Counted from the first letter of the stretch, positions 11,848 to 26,019 are shown. The stretch: 64,000 nt of DNA from Azolla caroliniana (GCA_043228905.1 JBHGNT010000022.1:992001-1056000); one strand, 5' to 3'. Translations and numbers: made by a program. The notes: generated by a model from the sequence alone, not told the origin.

Positions 11848-14748
11848 ATGGATTTGTTTCAAGCCTTCCTCAATCTTGTGGTTCCTGTAGTGGGATTGTG
11901 TATGTTGTTGGTCTTATGGCCCGCACTCACACTTCGTAGCATCTTCTTGCGGATGTTCCATGCTGTCTTTGAAGAGAATATGCGTGGAAAAATCGTCCTC
12001 ATCACTGGTGCATCATCGGGCATTGGAGAGGTATGTGATATCAAAATATGTATTAATTACACATATATATATGTATGTACATAGAAGCATACCTATGTGT
12101 GTACATGCATGCATGAATGTACATTGCACACATACATGCATGTATGCTTTGCTTTGAGTATTAGCTCTAAATATGTGCTAAAGTTATCTCAAGATTTAAT
12201 ATGTTTCACTATCTATATTTTATTATGATTAAGATATGACAGAAACATATTTATTGTGATGATTTAAATTACGAAAATCCCTTCCTTAATCTTCCTAATT
12301 TTATCCTTACATAATCAATCAAATCGGGTCGAGTCCACATATATTATTTACTAGATTGTATTTGTTGTTGGTGTTGTGGTTTTTCATAGCAAACGGCATA
12401 TCAATATGCAAAGAAAGGCGCTATTCTTGTGTTAATTGCACGTCGAGAGGATAAGTTAAGGTTTGTTGCCGACAATTGCATAAAACTTGGTGCTATGGAT
12501 GTTCGGGCGATACGAGCTGATGCAAGCAAAGAAGAAGATTGTAGGCGGTTTGTAGAAGATACTGTCAACCAATATGGGAGATGTATGTAATAAAATTTAC
12601 ATATTGATCATTGAATCAATTGGGAGTTAATGAATATAGGAGAGTTAATGAACATATCTAGCTATTGGTAATTGAGATCTTTAGGTAGATAATGAGTGAT
12701 CTTGTTAAACTATGCACTAACTTTAGTTATGATTCCTCTAGTGGATCATTTAGTCAACAATGTTGGGGTGATGCAAAACTTTTTGTTTGAGGATGCCATG
12801 GATACTACCGGAATGGTGCAAATCTGGGTAAGTAGAATTGAACTATTCAAATCTGGGTTAGTAGAATTTAATTGTTATTCTTAGAATTGAACTATTCATG
12901 CCCTTTAAATTTAACAATGTTATATTGTTCATCCATGCATAATGTTTGTTTATTCTTTTACTGTTGGCATTATGCAGTTTGAAGTCAAACTTCCTTGGGT
13001 TTGAAAGATATCTTCTATTGCTCATGCATGCATGGATTAATTTTTATTATTTAGTAGTGGAAGTATGTGGATTTGTATGTTTTTATAAATTTGGTACCAC
13101 TAGGATTTTTCCATATGTAGTTTATATTCATAAACATTCATTTCAAGCTCATTGGATTCTTACAAATGTTAGAGGTTACTCTCATGAACCCAATTAGTTT
13201 TTGTTTTATTTTAGTAAATGACGTATATTCATGTACGTTCATGAATGCATTTACATTCAACAATACACATCAATGATAACTTATAAGTATGGATTGAACA
13301 CACTTAAGGTATTTAGGTGGCGTTTTCATTCATATGAGTTTAGCTTTTAAGTAGATTGAGCATTGATCTTGCAAAGGTAGTGTTAGGAAAGCTAATAAGT
13401 ACAATGGAGATTTGCCTATTCACTATTTTTCCTCCTTTGATTAGCTAGTATGTACAAAAATTTGTTTATTTAGTTCGTTTTTTAAATCATTTGGATTCTC
13501 TGAATTCATCGATATAATAATGCTTGTTGATGAATTAAGGGGCAAGTTCGGTCATGAACACTTTGTTTACTTGTCCTTTTGGTTCTTTCAATTAAGTGGA
13601 TGTATGCATTATGGTTCCAAAATCATTTTGATGTTGAAATTGTTAATGTGGCATTTCAAAATCTACTTTTTGTACCTCTTTACTTAATTTGTACTCCATT
13701 AATAGGGTACGAACTTTTGGGGCTATGTATATCCTACCATGTATGCATTACCACACCTCAAGCGAACAAAAGGAAGGATTATTGTGATGGCATCCATGGC
13801 TTCGTGGTTTCCTCAACCCAGAATGAGCATTTACAATGTAATTCTTTCTAGATAAGACTTTTCAACTCTTGATTGTGTTACATATACCTTAAAATGGAAG
13901 ATTTGTTCATATCTTAGATTGTGTAGTATGACATTTGTCATTTCCTTCCATTAGTAAAATATATCCGTAATAATGGCATAAGAACCCTCTTCACATTGCA
14001 TCTTTTGACATGATGACACAGGCAGCCAAAGCAGGGATATTCAATTTCTTTGACACATTGCGAATTGAGCTTGGATCAAGCATCGGTGGTATCACCATTG
14101 TAACACCTGCTTTCATTGAAAGTGAAATGTTGATGGGAAAGTATGTGTCCGACAAAGGTGAAACGGAATGGCAAGAAGACCAAAGAGATGTAAGTCCTTT
14201 CTTTTATACACCCAACCATTTTCAATGTTGACATTTCTTATCCATATACATCATTCTTTATGAAAATACCATTAAATTAAGTTTTAAAGTCTTGCATATT
14301 TTTATCATAATGTGAATATGCTCCTAGGTTTATTTCCATACATTGTAGTGGAATGATGTTCCTATTTAGTTAAATATAGTAGCATAAATTAGGGCCTAGA
14401 ATTAATAATCTAATTTTATTTTCATAGATGCAATTTGGTCTTGCGCCTGTTTGTTACTCCGAAGAGTGTGCCAAAGACATTGTGAAGGGTGCGATCAGGG
14501 GTCATCGATACGTAAGGGTACCTTATTGGAGCACAGTGTTCCTTCTATATAGAGTATTCACGCCTGAGGTGGTGGATTTCTTGTTAAATTTGATTTACCT
14601 TACCCCAGTCCCGGGCCGAAAAGATCATGCTCCTTTAAGCAAGGTTCTCATGGAAATTCCAGGCATGAAGACTCTTCTGTATCCCTCCAACATTCGCAAC
14701 ATCCATGAAAAGCATAGACATAAACGAGCAAAAGCCAACAAAGCCTAA
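11848..14748 (+). CDS. HSD: Steroleosin / 11-beta-hydroxysteroid dehydrogenase-like SDR, 6 exons, about 360 aa
   Basis: Exons 11848-12030, 12390-12582, 12742-12827, 13706-13837, 14022-14189 and 14428-14748. All introns are GT-AG and the 1083 nt join in frame. It has a hydrophobic N-terminal anchor with prolines, TGASSGIG, LDHLVNN, NFWG and the catalytic YNAAK. Confidence 0.93.
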
Positions 14749-17529
14749 GAAGAATTGAATCAATTGATATGCATAAAATCTCCTTAAGTAGTTTCAACAG
14801 AGACTCTTTCAAATATGTTTATTAAGTTTTGTATTAGAAGACAAAAAGCTAGGTATTTTGCCTCGGAAGTGTTGAAATTTAATATTTTTAGGTAATACCA
14901 ATATATGTAGTGTTTGTAAGCCATGTGTTTCTTTCAAACATGGTTCTGTCAATGGTTTTATATAGTTTTTGTAACATAATACTCTTCTTGATTCCATACT
15001 CCTTTGTCAAATTGTTAGTATGGTAAGACTATAATTTGAGCCATATGATTTTTGTCAATTTGTTATATTATGGTAAGACTATAATTCGAGCCATTTGAGC
15101 TATATGATTTTATCATAACTTGTTGGAAGATTCATGTGTTTGTTCTTGATTGTATATCGCATTTAGGCCTTGTGAAAGTGTCGAAATTGAATATTTTTAG
15201 TTAACACCAATATATGGGCAAGTTCTTTGGAACTTGCTTTTGGCAATGGGGTTTTGGAAGATAATACTCTTCTTTATTCCATAATGCATTGTCAATTTGT
15301 TAGTATGGTGGGCTATGTATAACCATTTGATTTTAGCAATTGATCGGAAAGAGGCATGCGTTTGTTCTTGATTGCATATCACTTTGTCAATGTGTTAGTA
15401 TGGTTGTTTTTGCGATGGTTTGTTCTTTTTCTAATTGACAATCTCGAGTATTATGTGGGATTTCCCATTGTACTTCCATTTTATTTGTGAAATAATTGAA
15501 ATTGCATGCCTTTGGTACTTCCATTTTATTTGTGAAACCATTGAAATTGCATGTGTTTGGTGGGGCATGTTTTGATAAATGTACTCTATAGTTTTTGGTT
15601 CAATTTTGTTTTTTTAAGAGTCCAATTTATATTAATCGATTAACCAACCTTTTTAACTAGCCTAGTAGATTATGATAGATTATGAAAAAGCCATGTTTGT
15701 TTACTAGTATTTCCAATGTAAGGCTCAAAATTATGGATTTTCATTACATAATTTTGAGAACTCCTTGGCTCTACTTAAATCTATGCTTTTCTTATTTGAA
15801 TCCAACCATGTGCTTAGTCAAATCTTACCACATATTTGAGGGAGGCTATTCAATAGGAAACAACAATTGTTTTTGTTCATTATAGATTGGTGAATTTTTT
15901 TCTTTAGTTTCCTTTTCTGACATCTCGATAGTTGGTAATTGGTAAAATTGATTTCAATTGGTTGATAAGGTGTGCTAATAGTAGTTTTATGAAGTTCACG
16001 AAATCCATCTATGGAATCCTAAAAAATTGGCAAAACTATTGAGTGGATTTTGGCCTTTTCTTATTTCTAGGTTTGACAGATTTTGTTTTCACGTTATATA
16101 TCCAATTATCTTAATTTACAGTGTCTTACAATACATACAATGGTTGAACATGAGATGTAGCTACCTTCGAGTAAAAGAATTAGCTTCCAAATGATCATGA
16201 GTGGGCATTATCATGGATGCCACTTTTGCACATGATTGCTTTTGTTTGTAATGTGGAGATAAGGAAGTCTTCTATTTTATTGTACTTTTTGAAGCCTTCC
16301 AAATTGTATTGACCACCGTCCAACATTTTATTTTAACTAAAGAAACTAGCACTTTGTTACACGAACAACCGTAAGGACCAAATTTAGTTTTAAGGGTAGG
16401 ATAAGTGGGAAGGCAGTCGTCTTAGGACTTGGAACAACCACAATGACTAATGTGATGTGGGAGAATGTGGAGGGAGTTGAGTGTAAGCACCAACTATCCC
16501 CTTCATTATGTTTCTTAGATGATGTAAAGACTATATGTGTGGTATGGGACGTTCTAGTCCTTACCTTAGAGGTGAGTGGTGCTTCTTCTTACTTCAAGAT
16601 ATTATACTTTGACCATATTCGGTGGTATGGGATGTTCTAGTCCTTACATTAGGATTGAGTGGGTGCTTAAAACCATTGATGCATCTCTAGTCCTTCCCTT
16701 AGGGGTCATTGGTACTTAAAACCATTTCTTTCTTAATCATTTTCTTTATCGTTTATTGCTACTATTGCGAGAATATCTTAATCTAGAGAGTAAAATATTA
16801 AGTATTAGTTAATAGAAATATATTTTCAGATTCTAACCTGATTGTCTTCCCCTGATTGATGAGTGCTAAGAGCTTTACCTCAAGTCTTGAACTAATAACA
16901 TATATTCCCATGATTATTTAGTTAATAGAAGTGTTGGTGTTTCTTAACATATTTTTATCTTTACTTTACTTGTTCAAGTATATTAACTAAGTTCTTAGAT
17001 TGTTAATGATTGAGAGCGTCATTGAAAAAGAATAGTGATGCTCATCTTGCTAAATATTTCTTATGTCACTCCAATTCATCTCCAAAGAGGTCCTTGTTGT
17101 GGATTGTCTTCTCATAAGCATTGTGTTATTTGCTTATATCTCTATTGAACTCCCAATCTTCCTCAAGATTCTACATTAGCTACCTTGAGTAAATTTTGGT
17201 CAATCTTCCTCAATGATTGGACTACCTTCTTGCTCATGTACCATGTGAGGTTAGGCTTGGACACAATAGAACTATCAAGCTTACAAGGAGGGTCATCCTA
17301 ACAAACAATTATTTGGTATCGGTTGGTAGAAAAGTGACTACGATGGTAAGGTTGAACTCTACCATATATGAACTTATGATTTATAAATAGATGTTATTTC
17401 CTTTTAGCATATATATTATATTGTTGCATTGAAGTTCATTACAACTATTTAGCTTACAAGGAGGGTCATCCTAACAAACAATTATTTGGTATTGGTTGGT
17501 AGAAAAGTGACTACAAATGTAAGGTTGAA

Positions 17530-20500
17530 TAGCAACCGGCAACGGTTCGGAACCGCGGCTTAACAACTTAACGGTTTAAACGGTTCAGTTTGGTTTGGGG
17601 GTTTATTTGTTCGGTTTAGTTCAATTTGAGCCTTTATCAGTTTAATGGTTTAAAAAATTAAAATTTGAAATATTGAAAATTTCTAAATTTTTAAAATTAA
17701 AATGTGAAAATTTGAATTTTTACCTAACTTGAAAACTGTAAAGAATTGGTGATGATTCTGTGCAGTGGAAGAACTGTGTGTGTATGTGTGGGGAGAGGGA
17801 ACTCAAGAGTTACAGAAAAATAGAAAACTGTATTACGAGAAAAATAAGAATGACCGACAGTTACAAGGAGAAGGAGAAGGAGCTTATGTAGCCACCTTCT
17901 CTCTAAGTTCTCTCACTAGTATCACCTCTGTTACGAAGGGGCTAAGGCTCTTCTTAGTGCACAACGGAGACGTGATGTGCAGGATGGTTTAGGGTTCAAC
18001 AAAGGAAAGAAAGGGAGGAAAGAGGCTCACCCCAATAGCAGCCCAAAACATTCTGTTTTATTACGTAGAGAAACCCCTCTCTGTTTTCTTTCTTTATCAC
18101 TTTACTCTACACTCTTCTACTAGTATATAAGTGACTTACATATTCACCTAAATAGTTGTGAACAACTAAATAGCCGTTTTACCTATATGTCTAATAATAG
18201 CTAATTTCCTAATAGCTACTATAGAATATTTGAGTTACCAATAAGCATCACAAGCTTTTGTTGAGCTTGTTTCTTAACAACCGAGGTCGTGTCTTAACTA
18301 ATTAAAGAATATGTGTCATAGAACATTAACTTCTATGACACACTAGTCACTATACAAGGAGGTGGGGTGTTCACATAGTATCCTAGAGTGTGTTCCCACA
18401 CACGGGAAGTTGAGTTTGATTCTCAACACACCCTTTCAAACACAACTTCCGGTCATCAAATGGTTGGTTCGGATTGATCTTCGGATTGGCTTTGAGTCGA
18501 CCCCGGCTTTGGCATCGAATGACTGATTCACTTTGATGTGTTGCAGGTCAACATCTCCGACCATGACAAGTTCTCAGGTGAAATGGTAGTGCACCTCAAT
18601 GTGCTTAGTCTGAGCATGGAAGACTGGGTTAGGGGCCAAGTGGATGATGCTCACGTTGTCGCAATACAGGAGAATCAGATCCTTCAATTGTCGCTTGAGC
18701 CAAACACCTTCACATGCGGCGACGACCGCGCCCTTGTATTCGGCTTCGGTGCTCAATAGTGCGACTGTCGGCTACTTTTTACTGCTCCAGGAGACGGCTC
18801 CGCTGTCGAGGGAGAACACGAACCCTGAGGTTGATCGTTTGTCGGCTTTATCGCCGTCCCAATCGGAATCTGTGTACCCTTCGAGTCGTATCGATGTGGC
18901 CGATTTGTAAAAGATGTCAAACTCCATGGTTCCACTCACATACCTTAGCACTCGCTTAGCACAGTCGAGATGGATGTCTTGCGGAGTTTGCATAAATTGG
19001 CTAAGGAGGCCGACTAGGTAACTCAAGTCGGGTCGGGTAATTGTGAGGTAGATGAGGCTTTCGACTAGCTAAGGATAGAGCATCGGCTCACACTCTCTTG
19101 TCCCTGAGTCAACATCTAGCTTTAGATTTCGATCGAGAGGGGTGGTGATAGGCTTACGACGTGTCATCCCAAACTTGTAAAGAAGATTGAGGATATAGTG
19201 CCTTTGAGAAAGCATGATGCCGTTAGGAGTCCGAATTACTTTTATTCCTAGAAAGTAATGAAGCTTCTTCATGTCTTTTATTTCGAATCGGCTGGAGAGC
19301 AGCCTCTTGATGTGCTCAATATCTGTTGGATGCTCTCCTCCAATGACCAAGTCATCCACATAAATGATGATAAATACCTGTCTTATGGAGTTGCTCTGGA
19401 TGAACAGAGAGTTGTCGAACTTAGACACTGGGTTATCTTCGAGTGCTAGGCTCTAGGTGCCTGCTTGAGGCCGTAGAGAGGTTTTTTGAGTCGACATACA
19501 ACAGTCGGATGCATAGTTGACCCGAATCCGGGCGGTTGTATCATGTACACCTCTTCTTCTAGCTCCCCTTAAAGGAAGGAGTTCTTCACGTCCATTTGGT
19601 GAGGTGCCACCCTTTTGCTACTGCAAGCATGATCACGGTTCAAATTATAGTCATCTTTGCCACTAGGGCAAAGGTCTCTTCATAATCGATACCGTGCGTA
19701 TGTCCGTAGCCCTTCGCCACAAGCCAGGCCTTGTATCGATTGACAGTGCCATCGGTGTTGTGTTTCACTTTGAAGATCCATCGGCATCCGATTGCCTTTT
19801 GGTGGTGTGAAGAAGGGATGAGATCCCATGTCTCGTTCTTGGAGAGTGCTTGCATCTCCTCATTCAACGCTTCGACCCATCTAGGGTCCTTCGCGGCTTC
19901 GGAAAAGGTTTCCGGTTCTCGGACTGTTGCCACCTTCATCATGAATGCATAATGATATGCCATGTAGTCGTTGTAGCCAAATTGACTGATGACGTTCTTC
20001 TCTCAGGTGGAGCGACGAGGTTCTCCTAGTGTCCTCATGATGGGCACATCTAGTCCATCATGCTCACTATCGGGTGAGTGGTCCGATTCGTTTCTATTTG
20101 AGTCTTCGTACTCAGGCATTTTGGGCTTTCATTTTATATCCGTCTTCGGACTTGGCCGCCACGTGCTTTGGTCACTTGGAGGCTCTTGTGGTCCACTCAA
20201 TCCGGTTGAGATTGGACTTTCCTCTGACGTGAGCCTTGGTCGATCCTCCTCCTCTGTATCTATGTCGAACTCGGTTTCGACTGTGTGGAATGGAGTTGAG
20301 TCGACCGTGTACCGGGATGTCGATTCGTCGAATACGACATCCCTAGTTACTCCTGCCTTTTTGGTAGAGGGGTCGAAGCACTTATACCCTTTTTGTTCGA
20401 GCACGTACCCCACGAGGATGCATTTCTCTGACTTGGGATCTATCTTTTGTCGTTTCTCGTCGGGAATATTTACACATGCAATCGAGCTGAATATCCTGAC

Positions 20501-23370
20501 GTGGGATAGGTTCGGCTTCTTACCGTAGAATTTCTCGTGTGGGGTGAGATAGTGCACTCCAAATGTTGAGCAATGATTCATTAGATAGGCGACCATATTC
20601 ACTGCTTTAGCCCAATATGATTTTGACATATGTTTCTCGTTCATCATTGCCCTTGCCACCTCGAGTATGTGCCGGTTCTTGCGTGCGGCTACTCCGTTTT
20701 GCTGAGATGTGTGTTGGCAGGTGAACTCCCACCGAATTCCTTCTTGTCGAAGGTATGTTGTGAAGGCGTCAATGAAGTACTCTTTGCCATCGTCCGATCG
20801 AAGGCATCAAACATGCCAGCCGGTTGCCTTTTCGACTTCGTTTTTGAACTTTTGGAAGTGTCTAAATACTTCGCTCTTCTACCGCATGGGGTAGATCCAT
20901 GTGTTCCTGGAGAAGTCGTCGATGAAGGTCATGTAGTATCGGTAGTGGGCACCCACCAAATGTTTCCGTTTGGGTGGTCCCCATACATCTGAATGTACTA
21001 CATCCACGATTCCTTTGCTCACATTCCTCTCTTTCGGTAATAGTTGTCAATGTTGTTTGCTGAACTGGTAGGCTTTACATACACCGGTACTCTCCTTTTC
21101 AGTAAAAGTAGGAAGTCCAATGATGACTCCTTTCGATTGCATTCCTTTGAGCTTTTAGAGGTTAATGTGGCCAATTCGTTTGTGCCACAACTCTAAGTCA
21201 GTGTCGGGTTTTTGGCCCTTGGCATACATTGCCGATTTCATCTCGTGAGAATCGAGGATGAACATTCGGCTTTCTCTCCGACCGCGAATGATGAGTCATC
21301 CTTCTTTTTTGATGGAGCATCCTCCATCATTGAAGCGGAATTGCATGCCTTGTTCGACTATTTGGCCAACTGAGACCGGGTTCTTTGTTATTGTAGGACC
21401 ACGTAGAACGTTCTTGATGTAGGTTTGGGTGCCTTCTGCTCCAAATGGGACATTGCTAACATGCTGAATGGGGTGAATTGTGTTATCCCCAGTTTCCACA
21501 TAGCCGGGAAATTCGGGCCTTCGTAGCTCTTTGAACCAATCCCCATGGGATGTCATGTGGTTGGATGCACCCGAGTCGACAAACCATACATCTTTTGGTT
21601 TTGAGGTGTTGATCGGGTTGGAAGCTGTCATCGAGTTCACTCTGTGCCTCATCACAAACATCTCGCCACAATTGTCGTAGTCGGCATTGGAGGCATATTT
21701 TATGAATTTTCAGGTTGTGGAGGTTGACTCACTCTTCTTCTTTTGACACTCTGCGTTAGCGTGGCCGAATTTACCACAATATCCGCATTGGGCGGAATTG
21801 TTTTGTCGGTTGGGTCCGGCATGATTGCTCCCCCTTCTTCTGGACGCTCCGCCTCGCGCATTTGAAACGTCTCGTCGGTAGTAGAAGTTATGTTCTCTGG
21901 TGGTTCTTGGTTGTGTCATTCTTGGCCGAATCAACCTCTTCCACCAAGATCTTGTCCTCTTCCTCCATCAAAGTTCGAATAGAGAATGTGTCCTTCTTGC
22001 GCATTGCTTCTTGTTCGAACATGATTCTCCTCAACCAACAACATCAACTGGAGATCGAAGGAGGGAGGATTCTCCCTCACGAGGACTATCGATCGAATGG
22101 CTCTGAGCCGAGGTGCTAAGCCTCCGAGGCAAATCTGCACCATTTCATCGTCATCAATGCTAACATTGTTCAACCCGAGGGCATCGCACAACTCCATGAT
22201 TTTTAGGGTGTAGCTGTTGATTGACATGTCCAGTTCAAGCTTTCTTGCGGTCGTGTTGGCCGCGAAAATCTTCTTGAGTGTAGCTGTTGATTGACATGTC
22301 CAGTTCAAGCTTTCTTGCGGTCGTGTTGGCCGCGAAAATCTTCTTGAGATTCCCCCATGCTTCCTTCGGCGTTTTAGTCTCTTGGATGTAGTCGAGCATG
22401 TGATCATGGATGCATGATACAAGGCAGTACAACACACGACTCACCGCTTGCTCCCAAGCTGGGTAGTCGGCATGTGTTAGGTTGGGTTTATTCTTGTTTG
22501 GTCCTTCGACATAACTCCAATAGCCTTGGCCGACAAGGTATTGGGGCATCTTGTACTCCCAAGATGCAAAGTTGTTTCTGTTGAGCTTCTCAGTAGGAAG
22601 AGCGCTTCCCATCTAAGTGTTCATGTCGAGCTTCTTCTTCTTCTCTTTGATGGGAACTGCACAAATTGTTGTTATTGCGATCGGTCGGTTCTTTCCAAAC
22701 GCGGACTTGGGCACAACACACGTAAAGGCGATGAGCTTGGATCAAGCTACGAAGAGCTCTGATACCATGTAAAGAATCAGTGATGATTCTGTGCAGCGGA
22801 AGAATTGTGTGTGTATGTGTGGAGAGAGAGAGAACTCGAGAGTTACAGAAAAACAAAAAATTGTATTATGAGCTTCGGATGTTTGTAAAATGCGAAAGAA
22901 GTAACCAACAGTTACAAGGAGAAGGAGAAGGAGCTTATGTAGTCACCTTCTCTCTAAGTTCTCTCACTAGAATCACCTCTTGGGAAAGAGGTCATGTCTT
23001 AACTATTTAAAGAATATGTGTCATAGAACATTAACTTCTATGACACACTAGTTACTATACAAGGAGGTGGGGGGCATTCACACACTTGAGTATCCTAGAG
23101 TGTGTACACACGGGAAGTTGAGTTTGATTCTCAACAAAAACCAAAACCAAACAACGAAACTGTGGTTTTAACAGTTGAATGGTTTAAAGGTTTAAAGGTT
23201 TGAAAGTCTCTAAAGTTTGGTTTAAGCTTGAATTTTTTGTAACAATTTTGGTTTAAATGGTTTTGTGGTTTGCTTCGGTTAAGTTTAAGTTTCGAAATTC
23301 GAAATTTGTGGTTTTGTGGTTAAGCTTCGGTTGGCACACATAAACCGAACCAAATCGTTGCCAATTCTTA
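17530..23370. mobile_element. hAT-type MITE interrupted by a copia element
   Basis: Degenerate TIRs TAGCAACCGGCAACGG...ATCGTTGCCAATTCTTA. The 8-bp TSD AGGTTGAA lies at 17522-17529 and 23371-23378. It resembles the MITE at 52238-52768. Confidence 0.88.
17737..23136 (-). mobile_element. Ty1/copia LTR retrotransposon (copy 1), decayed
   Basis: LTRs 17737-18428 and 22768-23136 (TG...CA). TSD AAAAC at 17732-17736 and 23137-23141. tRNA-iMet PBS at 22756-22767. Gag, WFVDSGASNHM, integrase, YVDD and TKHIEVHYHF fragments are present. Confidence 0.96.
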
Positions 23371-25225
23371 AGGTTGAACTCTACTATGTATATATGAATT
23401 TATGATTTATAATATCTATGAACTTATGATATTTGAACTCATGACAAAAACATCTATAATATATTAGCAATGATTTAAGGGCATTTTGGGCCAAAACATC
23501 TATAATATATTAGCCCTATATGTATTGTTTGCCTAATGCCGTTATCTACAGATCAAGACTCGAGGATTTTGGAAATGTGTGAGATTCATGTGATCATTGT
23601 AGGTAATATTATCTATAGTGGGAAGAACCCTTGAGTAGGCAACACTAATTGCTCGAACCAATCCACAATGGGTAGAAGTTGTAGGATCTTTTGAGGTACA
23701 TACCATTGGAACCAATATTGTTGGTGATAGTGATGTTGGAGTTGGTGTTAATATTCACACTAAAAATCAAAGTATATTAATTTGTGATTTATTAATGCAC
23801 TACAAAGCTCATCGATTGGTAAAGTTCATAAAAATTTCATCTCCTTTCTACACTCATTGTTTATTGACCTGAACACCCTCATAAGTTTTGTTGCAAGAGA
23901 GAGAAGTGTCAGAATTGTTGTTAGAGAATCATCAAATGGCATCATTTTTACTAAAATAAATAATCCTATATGTATGCATGTGTATATATGTGTGTGTTAT
24001 GTATGCTTGTGTATATGTGGGTTTCACGTTACGTAGTGAATGAACAAAGATGTACACATCACGAGCAAAAATGATTTGGGTTTGGCTACAATGTGGGTGA
24101 AGTGAATAGTGGATTGTAAACATAAGGATAATTAAATGCTTGTTGATGACGTGAAATTGGAAAATGAAATAAATTCAAAGAAGGCATCTATCAAATAAGT
24201 ATTCATAGAATGTCAGTATAGGAGACAATACCAAACATAACAATCATAAGATAAGATGACTCGAGAAGATGAAGAAAAGAAGATGGTGATGCCTTGACAT
24301 TTTTTACCACCGTCTTGTTCTTCCCATATAAAGAATGATTAAATTTCGAGAGGATCAACCCACCAAAATTAAGCTTGAACAATACATATCTTAAGGAATT
24401 AGGTGAAGTGTACATGTTAGGGACAAATTTGAATGTCATCTTTACAAGTGTCTTCTTCATAGGAATTGGGAACACGTGCCTATGTCCCACATGGTATCCT
24501 CACTTAAACCTTACAGCATTGACAAAGTAAATCTTGAAAAATTTATTATGAAGTTTGAAAACTTGGATTTTATTCACTTTACATCATGCGTAGATTAGTT
24601 AACAATTCATTAATGAGAATAAAGATCAAGCAATTAACATTTGCATCTATGTATCAAGGTGACAATAACCACGTGTCAAGAGAGAAAAAGGAAAAATGAG
24701 GTCGTTTCTTTACTCTAGTCTCTCATCTTACTTCCACTCCATGTTTTCACCTCTCACTCTCTCACCTTTATTGCTCCCACTCTTTCTTATCCTTTTCAGA
24801 CAAGTGGGCAATTTGGCAAAGGAATATATAGGATATGCTCAATGCACTTGGCAATTAGAATCTCCTCTCTTGAATTGCACCTTTGCGATGTGCCTCTATA
24901 TCTTTGACCATGTGAGGGGTGGTATCCAAAATCTCAAGCCCGAGTCGTAGTTATAGAGAGATGAATGAGAAGGGTTGGGGGAGAGAAAGAGAGAGGGAAG
25001 GGGGGGGGGTGCTTTTTGGATAACAACTTCACCTTTTTTCTACTTTTTCACCGGCCCTGCTTTTAGTTGCGTCATTTTCTCTCCAGATCTTTTGATCAAG
25101 TGGCCAATTTGATGGACAAGCCGAGTGTGTTATGGATAGGGATAATACTTCAAGTCGGCCCAGAGAAACAAGGTGGTGTGCCTATGGGGTGGGGGGGGGG
25201 GGGGGGGCAACAGGGACCACGAGGG

Positions 25226-26019
25226 TAGCAATGGGCCCGGTTCGGTTTTTTTGCCTTGAAACCAAACCATTTATATAAAACAAAAACCAAACCAAACCGT
25301 TTATGAACTTTCAAGACATTAAACCAAACCATTTAAGAAAAAGTAAACCAAACTATTGTAACCAAAACCGTTTAGGGAAAAGTGGAAACCAAACCGAGCC
25401 ATTTAGTACAAAGTTTAAACCTAACCACATTTAAGCCAAACTAATTAAAAAACTAAATAAATAGAAATACACTAAATTAAATAAGCATTTATGTTAAATT
25501 TATTAATTAAATAAATAAGCACGAATTAAACCATTTGATTAAATAAACATTTAAGTTAAGTTAATTAAATCAATAAAAACTATTAATTTAACCATTAAAT
25601 TACATTAGCATTTAAGGATAAAAAAAGTTAGCTCGAACCTATAAACCTATAAACCGAACCACTTAAACCTATAAACCAATAAACCCTAGTTTCAGAACCA
25701 AACCAAACTAAAACCGAACCGTTTATTAATATTTAAAACCAAACCAAACCAAAACGAACCACTTAAACCTATAAACCAATAAACCCCAGTTTCAGAACCA
25801 AACCAAACTAAAACTGAACCGTTTATTAATATTTAAAACCAAACCAAACCACTTAAACCTATAAACCAATAAACCCCAGTTTCAGAACCAAACCAAACTA
25901 AAACCGAACCGTTTATTAATATTTAAAACCAAACCATTTAATTATTCTGGAACTTATAAACCTTTAAACCATGACTTAATGGTTTGGTTCGGTTCGAGCC
26001 CAAACCGGGCCCATTGCTA
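25226..26019. mobile_element. hAT-type MITE with an internal ~90-100-bp tandem triplication
   Basis: Perfect 17-bp TIR TAGCAATGGGCCCGGTT. The 8-bp TSD CACGAGGG lies at 25218-25225 and 26020-26027. Repeats span ~25655-25935. Confidence 0.93.

Noticed and set aside
19989-20528. Long antisense ORFs over the copia and LINE regions (also 41451-41933 and 46427-46918)
   Set aside because: They are shadow ORFs on the opposite strand of pol/RT coding sequence.
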